Below, in pieces: positions 18,354 to 26,823 of a DNA stretch of 40,763 nucleotides. Below the pieces are notes generated by a model. It was not told the origin of the DNA. It worked only from the letters and a program-made list of their open reading frames with translations, and did not search any database. A program made the position numbers and the translations under genes. This DNA comes from an uncultured Muribaculaceae bacterium (lineage in GTDB: Bacteria > Bacillota_I > Bacilli_A > RF39 > UBA660). Positions within the stretch are counted from its first letter, which is position 1; every line of letters starts with the position of its first letter. The stretch lies in NCBI GenBank assembly GCA_964398265.1, contig CAYNLX010000001.1:1-40763 (forward strand), written 5' to 3'.

Positions 18354-19044
18354 GAGCTTTATAACTTCCCTTCATTATGTCTTTTTCTATTACTCCATTT
18401 TCTATTAAAATAACTCTCTTTTTCATACGATTTACTATTTCTTTTGAATGAGTAACCATTACTACAGTTGTTCCCATATCATTATTAATCTCTGTAATAA
18501 CATCCATTATTTCTTTAGACATAGTACCATCTAAATTTCCAGTAGGTTCATCACATATTAATAGTTTAGGTTCGTCTACAATTGCTCTAGCTATACATAC
18601 TCTTTGTTGTTCTCCACCAGATAATTGTGAAGGAAAACTTCTTAATTTATCTTTTAATCCTACAACTGAAAGTGCTTTTATAACCTTAGGTCTTATCTCA
18701 CTTTCTTTAATTCCCATAGTTTCTAAAGCAAAAGCAACATTTTCATATACAGTAAGTTTTGGTAATAATTTAAAATCTTGAAAAACCACCCCAATTTTTC
18801 TTCTTAATTTATATACTTTTCTATTTCTTAATTTAGCAACATTAAGACCTCCCACAAAGACTTCACCCCTTGTAGGTTTTTCTTCACGATAGAGCATTTT
18901 TATTAAAGAACTTTTTCCACTTCCAGATGAACCAATAACAAAAACAAATTCTCCTTTTTTTATTTCTAAATCTATTCCAGCTAAAGCTGTCACTCCATTT
19001 TTATATACCTTATAACAATTTTTAAATTCTATAAAACTACTCAT
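18340..19044 (-). CDS. ftsE: cell-division ATP-binding protein FtsE
   Basis: Walker A GSSGSGKSS, signature LSGGEQQR, Walker B LLICDEPTGNLD. SD AGGAG is upstream. Confidence 0.93.
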   Translation of the reverse strand: MSSFIEFKNCYKVYKNGVTALAGIDLEIKKGEFVFVIGSSGSGKSSLIKMLYREEKPTRGEVFVGGLNVAKLRNRKVYKLRRKIGVVFQDFKLLPKLTVYENVAFALETMGIKESEIRPKVIKALSVVGLKDKLRSFPSQLSGGEQQRVCIARAIVDEPKLLICDEPTGNLDGTMSKEIMDVITEINNDMGTTVVMVTHSKEIVNRMKKRVILIENGVIEKDIMKGSYKAHESV

Positions 19045-19092
19045 ATTATTCTCCTATAATTAATATTATAACACTTAAAACATAATGAATAA

Positions 19093-19116
19093 ATGTAAAT
19101 TTTTTCCTATTTACAT
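19093..19116. repeat. perfect 8-bp inverted repeat ATGTAAAT-N8-ATTTACAT in the ftsE/gerQ divergent region
   Basis: Read directly: 19093-19100 pairs with 19109-19116. It is not positioned as a terminator, because both flanking genes point away from it. Confidence 0.5.
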
Positions 19117-19190
19117 ATTTAAAATAGCTTACTTTTTTTATTTATACTATAATAAAAAAAGTAACATATAATTACTTGAGGTGAATTTTG

Positions 19191-19538
19191 ATGAATGGAA
19201 ATTATTATCCAAATCCAACATTTCCACAAGTAGGAAATGTACAAAACCAAGAAGAAAGTATTAATCCAGTTTTAGATGACAATGAACAAAGTTATATAGA
19301 AAATATATTGAGATTAAACAAAGGAAAAAAAGTAAAAGCTTATGTATCATTTCCTGATTCTTCTGAATGGAAAAATAAAATATTTGAGGGAATAATTGAG
19401 GAATCAGGAAGAGATCATTTAATAATTAGCAACCCTTCAACCGGAGAATGGTATTTAATACTTATGATTTATCTAAACTATGTAGAATTTAATGATAGAA
19501 TTAATTATAGTCATTTATATTCAGATAAAACTTTCTAA
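19191..19538 (+). CDS. gerQ: spore coat protein GerQ (YwdL family)
   Basis: The N-terminus is Q/N/P-rich. The conserved core follows: SYIENILRLNKGKKVKAYVSF..SEWKNKIFEGIIEESGRDHLIISNPSTGEWYLILMIYLNYVEF. GAGGTGA lies 6 nt upstream of ATG 19191. The tracked start at 19188 is a TTG. Confidence 0.75.
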   Translation: MNGNYYPNPTFPQVGNVQNQEESINPVLDDNEQSYIENILRLNKGKKVKAYVSFPDSSEWKNKIFEGIIEESGRDHLIISNPSTGEWYLILMIYLNYVEFNDRINYSHLYSDKTF

Positions 19539-19551
19539 ATTTATTATAATT

Positions 19552-19560
19552 TGTTATAAT
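19552..19560 (+). promoter_or_regulatory. candidate extended -10 (TGTTATAAT) for lemA
   Basis: TGTTATAAT lies 23 nt upstream of ATG 19584, with SD AAGGAAG in between. Confidence 0.4.
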
Positions 19561-19583
19561 AAAGATACTAAGGAAGTGTAATA

Positions 19584-20129
19584 ATGAATTTGCTTATGAT
19601 TGTACTCGCTTTTGTTGCGTTGTTTGGAATAATATTAATGATTTATATTTATAACTTTAATAAACTACAAAGTTATAATATAAGAATTAAACAAGCAGAA
19701 GGAATAATAAATGAATCTTTAAGAAATAAATATGATGTTATTCTAAAAATAATAAATATTATTAAATCTACTGCTAAAATTGAGCAAGATTATTTTAAAA
19801 AAATTGAAAAAATTAAATTTAAAAATTTTTCTAGTTTTGATTTAGATAGAAAAACTACTGAAACAGAAATATTAATAGAGGACATAGTAAATGATTACTC
19901 AGAAATATGCGAAAAAGAAAGCTTTATCATCAATAAAAAAGAATTAAAAGACATTAATAATAAATTAAATGCTGCTAAAATTTATTATAATAATAATACA
20001 ACAGAACTAAATAAATTAATTAAAAAAATACCATCAAATTTAGTTGCAAAAATTAACCATATTAAATTGCTTACTTTCTTTGACGGTATAGATTTATATG
20101 ACGATAATATATCTGATTTTAAATTATAA
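19584..20129 (+). CDS. LemA family membrane protein
   Basis: One N-terminal TM (LLMIVLAFVALFGIILMIYIY) is followed by the LemA-like string YNFNKLQSYNIRIKQAEGIINESLRNKYDVI, and later YYNNNTTELNKLIKKIPSNLVAK. The ~180-aa length fits. Confidence 0.7.
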   Translation: MNLLMIVLAFVALFGIILMIYIYNFNKLQSYNIRIKQAEGIINESLRNKYDVILKIINIIKSTAKIEQDYFKKIEKIKFKNFSSFDLDRKTTETEILIEDIVNDYSEICEKESFIINKKELKDINNKLNAAKIYYNNNTTELNKLIKKIPSNLVAKINHIKLLTFFDGIDLYDDNISDFKL

Positions 20130-20780
20130 CTCCCAGTTAATTGGAGTAATATTATTTTTTATTAAGAATTGATTGGTTTTTGAAAATGGTCTACTTCCAA
20201 AAAAATTTTTACAAGAAAAAGGCGATGGATGAGAAGATTCAATAATCAAATGATTGGAATTAGTAATTAATTCCTTTTTTTTCTTTGCATAATTTCCCCA
20301 TAAAATAAACACTATTGGGGCATTTTTTTTGTTTAAAATGCTTATAACATAATCAGTGAACTTTTCCCAACCAATATTACTATGGCTTCCAGCTTTTCCT
20401 TTTTCTACTGTAAGAATACTGTTTAATAATAAAACTCCTTCGTTTGCCCAATTTTGAAGATTACCTGACTTATTGATTTCAATTCCTAAATCAGTTTTTA
20501 ATTCTTTAAATATATTAATTAAAGAAGGAGGAATCTGTATTCCATCGCTAACAGAAAATGATAATCCTTGTGCTTGGCCTTCCTCATGATATGGATCTTG
20601 ACCAATTATAACTGCTTTTACATTTTCTAAAGGCGTTTGAATTAAGGCATTGAAAATTAATTCTTTTGGAGGATACACAATACTATTTTCATATTCTTTT
20701 TCTATTAAAGAAAAAAACTTTTTATATCCATTACTGTTCCATATTAATTCTAATTCTTTATCCCAACTATTACCTATCAT
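20124..20780 (-). CDS. ung: uracil-DNA glycosylase
   Basis: The family-1 UDG motifs are present: the GQDPYH water-activating loop, the LLLNSILTV region and HPSPFS. SD AGGTGA is upstream. Confidence 0.93.
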   Translation of the reverse strand: MIGNSWDKELELIWNSNGYKKFFSLIEKEYENSIVYPPKELIFNALIQTPLENVKAVIIGQDPYHEEGQAQGLSFSVSDGIQIPPSLINIFKELKTDLGIEINKSGNLQNWANEGVLLLNSILTVEKGKAGSHSNIGWEKFTDYVISILNKKNAPIVFILWGNYAKKKKELITNSNHLIIESSHPSPFSCKNFFGSRPFSKTNQFLIKNNITPINWEL

Positions 20781-20787
20781 TTTTCAC

Positions 20788-21225
20788 CTACTTATGATAT
20801 GACTCATTATTCATTATTTTAAAAGATCTATATATTTGTTCTAATAACAATCCTCTAAATAATCCATGAGGATAAGTTACCTTCCCAAAAGAAATGCATT
20901 TATTAGCTTTATTTTTAATAATATCTGCGACTCCATTTGAGCTTCCAATGATAAATACTATTTCACTTTTATATATAAATATTTCATTTATCATGTTAGA
21001 TAAATGTTCTGAAGTAATTTCTTTTCCATTTAAATCGCATAATATTATTTCTGATTTTTCAGACACTTTATTTAAAATGCTATTAGCTTCTTTTTCCAAA
21101 GAAGCTTGTTCTAATAATTCTATTATTTCCAACTTATGATACTTGTTAACTCTTTTTTTATAATCACTTATCATGTTATTTAAGTATTGCTCTTTAATTT
21201 TTCCAATACAAATAATTTTTATCAT
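20788..21225 (-). CDS. rlmH: 23S rRNA (pseudouridine1915-N3)-methyltransferase RlmH
   Basis: MIKIICIGKIKEQYL at the N-terminus, and a SPOUT C-terminus with FIIGSSNG and SFGKVTYPHGLFRGLLLEQIYRSFKI. There is an ATGA overlap with the upstream gene. Confidence 0.9.
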   Translation of the reverse strand: MIKIICIGKIKEQYLNNMISDYKKRVNKYHKLEIIELLEQASLEKEANSILNKVSEKSEIILCDLNGKEITSEHLSNMINEIFIYKSEIVFIIGSSNGVADIIKNKANKCISFGKVTYPHGLFRGLLLEQIYRSFKIMNNESYHK

Positions 21226-21980
21226 TTTGTTACCTCTACTATTTGTCTTTGCTTAGCACATACAATATTATCAAAATCAATATCATATTCACATAATATT
21301 GATCTAATTGTATTTAGAGCTAATTCTTCGCTATTATTCTCTTTGCTTAAATGAGCTAATACAACTTTCTTTGTTTTATTACCAATTAATTTAGCTAAAT
21401 AAAAACCTGTAGATGAGTTTGATAAATGCCCCTTATCGCTTAGTATTCTTTTTTGTAACCATTTAGGATATTTTCCATTCATTAATAATTCTACATCATG
21501 ATTACTTTCTAGTATATAATAATCACTATTTTTTATTCTATCTATATATTTAAGATTTAAATAGCCAGTGTCAGTTATATAAACTAATGTTTCTTCATTG
21601 TCTTTTATTATATAGCCTTTTGAACTGCTAGTGTCATGACTTGTATTAATAGTGTCAATGTCTAAATCAACGTCAAAAATCTTATCTTCGAATATTAAAT
21701 AGTTATCATATTCAATATTCATTTCGTCATACATTTCTTTAGTAAGACATATTGTTGGCTTATACTTTTTTATAAAAGTTTCTATTGAAGAAATATGGTC
21801 TTTATGGGTATGAGTAATTAAAATATATTCAATTGATGAAGGAGAAATTTTAATTTCTGATAATTTTTCTAAAATATATTTTGTATTCATACCTAAATCA
21901 ATTAATAATTTATGATTATTAAATTCTATATATGTTGAATTACCTTCTGAACCACTAGCTAATACTACAGCTTTTATCAT
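21222..21980 (-). CDS. MBL-fold metallo-hydrolase (YycJ/WalJ-like)
   Basis: The HTHKDH (HxHxDH) motif follows LIDLG, with later H/D ligands. Its position immediately upstream of rlmH matches B. subtilis yycJ. Confidence 0.8.
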   Translation of the reverse strand: MIKAVVLASGSEGNSTYIEFNNHKLLIDLGMNTKYILEKLSEIKISPSSIEYILITHTHKDHISSIETFIKKYKPTICLTKEMYDEMNIEYDNYLIFEDKIFDVDLDIDTINTSHDTSSSKGYIIKDNEETLVYITDTGYLNLKYIDRIKNSDYYILESNHDVELLMNGKYPKWLQKRILSDKGHLSNSSTGFYLAKLIGNKTKKVVLAHLSKENNSEELALNTIRSILCEYDIDFDNIVCAKQRQIVEVTK

Positions 21981-23446
21981 CTATACAGAATTCTAGGATC
22001 TATTGAGTAAGAGCCAGATCTATGTGGATAACCGCCAATCCATACTCCAAAATGTAAATGAACTCCTGTTGCATATCCAGTTGCACCGATTCTTCCAATA
22101 ACTTGTCCTTGACTTACTATTTGTCCTTCAGAAACATCCATTTTAGATAAATGGGCATATTGAGTATAATATCCATTTTGATGATCAATTGTAACACAAT
22201 TTCCTGAAGTGCCATCATAGCTTGCACCCACTACTACTCCTCCATTAGCGGCATATATAGGAGCTCCAAGTCTTTGCCCAGCTATATCTATAGCTTCGTG
22301 TACTTTCCCCCAACGATATCCATAACCACTTGAAATGTAATAAGGGGTACCAGTTGGCCATATCCAAGAATCATTACTTGAAAACTCTGAGTATCCTATT
22401 GTTCTTGAACCTCTTGTAATTACTTTATCAATCGCTGGTTTTATTTCTACATAAGAAGAAATATAACCACCTTGGTTTTCTTCACCATTTACAAATTGAG
22501 TCTTTTTAGTAATCCTTGTTATTCCAGGTTCTCCCACTTGAGTAACAGAGTAAAATGATGAAACTTTTGATTCATCAAAAACCACTATAGTTTTAAAAGC
22601 AGTTTCTTCATCATAGACCACATGTTTATCATATGTTAGTGTAAGCAGTGGATCAATCATCGTAACATTCACTACTTGTCCTTCTGATATTAATGCGTTT
22701 TTTCCTCTTATATCTGGATTTGCAATTAATAATTCTCCTACATTTAGTTTGTTTTTATATGCAACTTCATCTAACGTTTCGCCAGATTTTATAGTATAAG
22801 TTAAATTCTGTTCAGAATTTCCAAATAATAAATAATGTGTTAACATTTGACTATCTGTGAAAATCCTATTATCTGATTCTATAAAAGCTTCTTTTATCTT
22901 TATTGTTTCATCAAACCAAACAGATTCAATAATTTCCCCAACATCGGTTAATTCTGGCTGAGTATTATTCATAAAATTTCCAAATTCTTTTTCTCCAATT
23001 ATTGCTTTAACATAATTATTAAGTGATTCCTCCACAATAGTTTCGTCTAAAACAGAAATACTAATAGGTTCTTTTTCATTGTCTTTATAAGTAATATTTA
23101 CATTGTAGCCTTTTATAGTAAATCCAGAAATATCCTTTATTTTAGAATAAATCACTTCTTCTCTTTGTGTAGTATTATCGTAGGTAATATTTTTTATTAC
23201 CTTAAGGTTATTTGGAGGATAAACTTTGTCTACCTTATATTTTTCTTTAATAGAATTTTGCTCTTTATCTATTAATTCATAAAGTTTATCCTTAGATTTT
23301 ATTGATCCTATTTTCACTCCATCCAAATAAACAATATACACTTCAGACGGATTTTTATTAACACTATAATTTACTCCTGAGAAGATTATTAAAAAACTTA
23401 ACATAATAGTAAATAAAGTGGAAAATATAATATTTCCTTTTTTCAT
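21977..23446 (-). CDS. membrane-anchored M23 metallopeptidase with LysM and G5-like domains
   Basis: It has an N-terminal TM. A LysM-like segment reads YTIKSGETLDEVAYKNKLNVGELLIANPDI. A G5-like segment reads GEPGITRITKKTQFVNGEE..VEIKPAIDKVITRGSR. The M23 motifs HEAIDIAG and GVHLHFGV are present. SD AAGGGTGA is upstream. Confidence 0.8.
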   Translation of the reverse strand: MKKGNIIFSTLFTIMLSFLIIFSGVNYSVNKNPSEVYIVYLDGVKIGSIKSKDKLYELIDKEQNSIKEKYKVDKVYPPNNLKVIKNITYDNTTQREEVIYSKIKDISGFTIKGYNVNITYKDNEKEPISISVLDETIVEESLNNYVKAIIGEKEFGNFMNNTQPELTDVGEIIESVWFDETIKIKEAFIESDNRIFTDSQMLTHYLLFGNSEQNLTYTIKSGETLDEVAYKNKLNVGELLIANPDIRGKNALISEGQVVNVTMIDPLLTLTYDKHVVYDEETAFKTIVVFDESKVSSFYSVTQVGEPGITRITKKTQFVNGEENQGGYISSYVEIKPAIDKVITRGSRTIGYSEFSSNDSWIWPTGTPYYISSGYGYRWGKVHEAIDIAGQRLGAPIYAANGGVVVGASYDGTSGNCVTIDHQNGYYTQYAHLSKMDVSEGQIVSQGQVIGRIGATGYATGVHLHFGVWIGGYPHRSGSYSIDPRILYR

Positions 23447-23456
23447 TAAGTCACCC

Positions 23457-24800
23457 TTATTCTTCTTTTCTAAGTGCGTTTTTAAAATTACTATAATTCA
23501 TTTCAAATATTAAATCTACGGTTCCGGTTGCTCCATTACGATGTTTAGAAATTATTAATTCTGATTGAGAAATAAAATTAAAATTCTTAGGATCATATCC
23601 TTTTTGATAATAATCATCTCTATAAATAAATGAAACAATATCCGCATCTTGTTCAATGGAACCAGATTCTCTTAAATCACTTAATGTAGGTCTTTTATTT
23701 TCTCTTAGTTCCACACTTCTTGATAATTGAGCTAGTGCAATAACTGGTATATGTAATTCCATTGCCATCATTTTTAATGCTCTAGATATTTCAGATACTT
23801 CTTGTTGTCTATTACCAGCATATCTTGTAGAGCCTTGTATTAATTGTAAATAATCTATAACTACCAAATCTAATCCTTTGTCACTGTTTGCTAAACGTCT
23901 ACATTTAGCTTTTATTTCTGATACAGTCATTCCTGAAGCATCCTCAATAAATATTTTTGAATCTGCTAATTGGCTCATTGCTTCATTTACTTTTTTCCAT
24001 TCATTATTTTCTAAATTACCTCTAGCAAGTTTTCTAGAATCTACACTGCCAATTGAAGATATCATCCTTAATGCTAGTTGCTCTGCGCCCATTTCCATAC
24101 TAAATATTGCCACTGTTGCATCACTATTAAGTGCAGCATTAGTAGCTATATTTAAGCCTAAAGCAGTTTTTCCCATTGCGGGCCTAGCAGCTATAATTAT
24201 TAAACTATTATCTTGTAATCCTCCAGTAATTTCATCCCATCTATAAAAATTAGTTGCTAATCCAGTTATTTCACTTTTATTCTTAGCAAGTCTTTCTATG
24301 TTTTCTTGAGTTGAAGAAATTACCTTACTTATTGGTAAAAATTCACTAGTTTTTCTATTTTTTATTACATTAGAAATCTTTTTATCAGCATCATCAAGTA
24401 TATCATTTAATGACCCTTCATTTTCATATGCTGAATTAGCAATTTCTGTTGCGGAATTAATTAAGTTCCTTAATGTAGCTTTCTCTCTTACTATATCAAT
24501 ATAATACTCTAAATTAGATGCTACTCCAACAGAATCTACAATTTCTGTAATATATTCTATACCTCCTATTGTAGATAAAGCTTTTTTCTTTTCTAATTCA
24601 TCTACTATTGTTTTTATATCTAATGGAATGTTTTTTTCACGTAAATCATAAATAGCATCAAAAATAATTTGATGTTGTTTTAAATAAAACATATCAGATG
24701 ATAAATCTTCGCACACTTTATCTAATGCTAAGCTCGTTAAAAAGGTTGCTCCAAGAACAGCCATTTCTGCTTCAATGCTTTGTGGAATCTTTCTTTCCAT
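23457..24800 (-). CDS. dnaB: replicative DNA helicase (DnaB family; dnaC in B. subtilis nomenclature)
   Basis: PQSIEAEMAVLGA at the N-terminus, Walker A ARPAMGKTA, Walker B LVVIDYLQL and the SRSVE..RPTLSDLRESGSIEQDADIV arginine-finger region. I place the start at ATG 24800, with GAGGTGA 5 nt upstream. The tracked 24809 start is a GTG lying inside that SD. Confidence 0.95.
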   Translation of the reverse strand: MERKIPQSIEAEMAVLGATFLTSLALDKVCEDLSSDMFYLKQHQIIFDAIYDLREKNIPLDIKTIVDELEKKKALSTIGGIEYITEIVDSVGVASNLEYYIDIVREKATLRNLINSATEIANSAYENEGSLNDILDDADKKISNVIKNRKTSEFLPISKVISSTQENIERLAKNKSEITGLATNFYRWDEITGGLQDNSLIIIAARPAMGKTALGLNIATNAALNSDATVAIFSMEMGAEQLALRMISSIGSVDSRKLARGNLENNEWKKVNEAMSQLADSKIFIEDASGMTVSEIKAKCRRLANSDKGLDLVVIDYLQLIQGSTRYAGNRQQEVSEISRALKMMAMELHIPVIALAQLSRSVELRENKRPTLSDLRESGSIEQDADIVSFIYRDDYYQKGYDPKNFNFISQSELIISKHRNGATGTVDLIFEMNYSNFKNALRKEE

Positions 24801-24805
24801 ATGTT

Positions 24806-25249
24806 TCACCTCTTTTGAACATTTATTTTTATATTAAATATAACTTTCTTATGAAGTATAATTTCTACTTCGTGAATTCCTAAAGAATCGATTGGATTTT
24901 TTAGGTTAATACTTTTTTTATTAATTAGTACTCCTAATTCTTTTATTTTATCCTCAATTTGTTTTGAAGAAATGGTACCAAACATTTTATCTTTATCACC
25001 AGTTTTAACTTCAAAAACAATATTCTTACTTATCAATTGCTTCTTAATTATTTCACATTTTTTTATTAATGCTTGTTCATCATTATCTCTTTTAATAAAT
25101 TGTTTTTCTAAAATATCTTTGCTAGTTTTCGTATAAGCTACTGCCAAATTATTTTTTATCAAAAAATTATTTGCATATCCATCACTAACGTCTATAATGT
25201 CATCTTTTTTTCCTTGCTTCTTAACATCTTGAAGTAATATAACTTTCAT
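24806..25249 (-). CDS. rplI: 50S ribosomal protein L9
   Basis: MKVILLQDVKKQGKKDDIIDVSDGYANNFLI is the canonical L9 N-domain. The length is 147 aa. SD GGGAGG is upstream. The TGA stop is embedded in the dnaB SD. Confidence 0.93.
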   Translation of the reverse strand: MKVILLQDVKKQGKKDDIIDVSDGYANNFLIKNNLAVAYTKTSKDILEKQFIKRDNDEQALIKKCEIIKKQLISKNIVFEVKTGDKDKMFGTISSKQIEDKIKELGVLINKKSINLKNPIDSLGIHEVEIILHKKVIFNIKINVQKR

Positions 25250-25289
25250 ATATAACCTCCCTAAACCAATAATAAATTAGTTCGTATTT

Positions 25290-25298
25290 ATTATATCA
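25290..25298 (-). promoter_or_regulatory. candidate extended -10 (TGATATAAT) for the rplI-dnaB operon
   Basis: TGATATAAT is on the minus strand, about 40 nt upstream of the rplI ATG and directly after the 25331-25358 terminator. Confidence 0.45.
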
Positions 25299-25330
25299 AA
25301 TTACTTAAAAAAAAGAAACTTTAAGTTCCA

Positions 25331-25358
25331 CAAAAAAACATATGATTTCTCATATGTT
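25331..25358 (-). terminator. intrinsic terminator after the permease gene
   Basis: The minus-strand RNA reads AACAUAUGA-GAAA-UCAUAUGUU, a 9-bp stem with a GNRA-like loop, followed by UUUUUUUG. The stem overlaps the stop codon. Confidence 0.65.
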
Positions 25359-26766
25359 ATAAATATGTAATTAAACTTATTAGAATTATTATTACAACAA
25401 ATAATGCAAGCAATATTTTCCAAATATACTTTAACCAAGTTTTATATGAAATATCTAAATAAGATAATCCTGCGATCAACAATAAACTTGTTGGTGCGAA
25501 GAATTGAACAAATCCAAAAACTGATTGAAGCATAAATATGATTGAAGATGAATTGTCTGCATATAATGATGCAAAATATTGTGCTGTTAATTGGAATGTA
25601 TATCTTAATTCAACATTTAATAATGATGAAATAAAGATTCCTATACTACTAACATAAACATTGAAGTTCTTAGTTAATGTTGTAAAAAAATCTACAATAG
25701 TTGGCACAATTGGAAACATAACTGAAAAAACACATACTACATAAACAAATAATACTATAAATGTTAATTTTGCATGTTTTTTAGCTCCTTCAACAATTGA
25801 ATCTAAACAATCGTCAAATGATATTTTTCCAAACAATTTTATTAACAATATAGATATTAGTAATATCGCAGACATGTTGTATAAATCCCATTCTCCAAAA
25901 GCAGTTATGCTTCCAAGAATATAATTCACAAATGTTGCATCTTTAATATTTATAGCCATTAACCAATTATGAAAATCGCTAAAAACATTAACTTTAAAGC
26001 AATTTACCCAATCAATATATCCAACTATTTGAAATAATGCTACTACTGATAACAATATTACAATTGGCCATACTCTTTTTTTAGAATCTTTAATTTCAAA
26101 TAAAGAATCTACATCTTCATTTATTTTTGATTTATTACATTTTTTAATATTAATAATATTGAATACATTAATAATTAAATATGCAACTACAAATAGTATA
26201 ATTCTATATATTAATATATTATCAGTTAAATTAATATTAAATAATGATACTAAATATGTTCCGTCAATACCATAAGATCCAAAAGTTGTGCCAAGTAAAC
26301 CAACTAATATTGAACCAAATGTCATTAAAAAAGTAGAAATTTTACTTAATTTTAATTTTGATGATATTGTGACTACTAATGGTATAAACACAAATAATTG
26401 AAATACGTCAACACTAATTGATGCTAATGCAGCATATAAGAATGATGTAATTAATACAAATGCAATTTCCTTTCCTTTTAAAAATTTAGATAGTCTGTTA
26501 ACCAAACTTTGGTAACCACTTGTTCTTGATAAAAGTTCATAAAACCCTCCCAAAATTAACAAGAAAGTTACTATTACCGCAAAATAATATGGACTTAATA
26601 AGTTGTATAAAAAGAAGTCATTTAATCCGATTCTTGTTACTTCTCCAACAGCCATTTCAGTTCCAGTAAATTTACTTTGTGGTATGAACCAAGTTAGTAA
26701 AGCTGTAATAATTATACATATTCCAACAATCTTAAATAGTTCATGCTTTTTGAAAAATTTTTTCAT
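25357..26766 (-). CDS. polytopic membrane transporter, YfcC/DcuC-like anaerobic carrier family (tentative)
   Basis: It has ~11-12 hydrophobic spans. The N-terminus KHELFKIVGICIIITALLTWFIPQSKF resembles YfcC-family starts. It has a strong SD, AAGGAGGAG. The family assignment is from memory only. Confidence 0.5.
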   Translation of the reverse strand: MKKFFKKHELFKIVGICIIITALLTWFIPQSKFTGTEMAVGEVTRIGLNDFFLYNLLSPYYFAVIVTFLLILGGFYELLSRTSGYQSLVNRLSKFLKGKEIAFVLITSFLYAALASISVDVFQLFVFIPLVVTISSKLKLSKISTFLMTFGSILVGLLGTTFGSYGIDGTYLVSLFNINLTDNILIYRIILFVVAYLIINVFNIINIKKCNKSKINEDVDSLFEIKDSKKRVWPIVILLSVVALFQIVGYIDWVNCFKVNVFSDFHNWLMAINIKDATFVNYILGSITAFGEWDLYNMSAILLISILLIKLFGKISFDDCLDSIVEGAKKHAKLTFIVLFVYVVCVFSVMFPIVPTIVDFFTTLTKNFNVYVSSIGIFISSLLNVELRYTFQLTAQYFASLYADNSSSIIFMLQSVFGFVQFFAPTSLLLIAGLSYLDISYKTWLKYIWKILLALFVVIIILISLITYL

Positions 26767-26785
26767 AACTCTCCTCCTTATAAAA

Positions 26786-26794
26786 ATTATATCA
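26786..26794 (-). promoter_or_regulatory. candidate extended -10 (TGATATAAT) for the permease gene
   Basis: TGATATAAT is on the minus strand, between the lysS terminator-like hairpin and the AAGGAGGAG SD. Confidence 0.45.
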
Positions 26795-26795
26795 C

Positions 26796-26823
26796 AAAAA
26801 AAAGATAATAATATCTTTTTTTA
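26796..26823 (-). terminator. weak A/T-rich terminator-like hairpin after lysS
   Basis: AAAAAAAGAUA-UUAU-UAUCUUUUUUUU on the minus strand. There is only one G-C pair, so the call is tentative. Confidence 0.35.

Noticed and set aside
19085-19171. A 28-codon ORF (MNKCKFFPIYIFKIAYFFYLYYNKKSNI) in the ftsE/gerQ spacer.
   Set aside because: It has no SD, its product is hydrophobic junk, and it overlaps the palindrome and the likely gerQ promoter.
22023-22031. Perfect DnaA boxes: TGTGGATAA here, and TTATCCACA at 30613-30621. They were considered because rplI and dnaB are origin-proximal in B. subtilis.
   Set aside because: Both are single, isolated and inside coding regions 8.6 kb apart. About 0.4 perfect boxes are expected by chance in this window at this composition. 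There is no clustered-box or AT-rich unwinding-element architecture.
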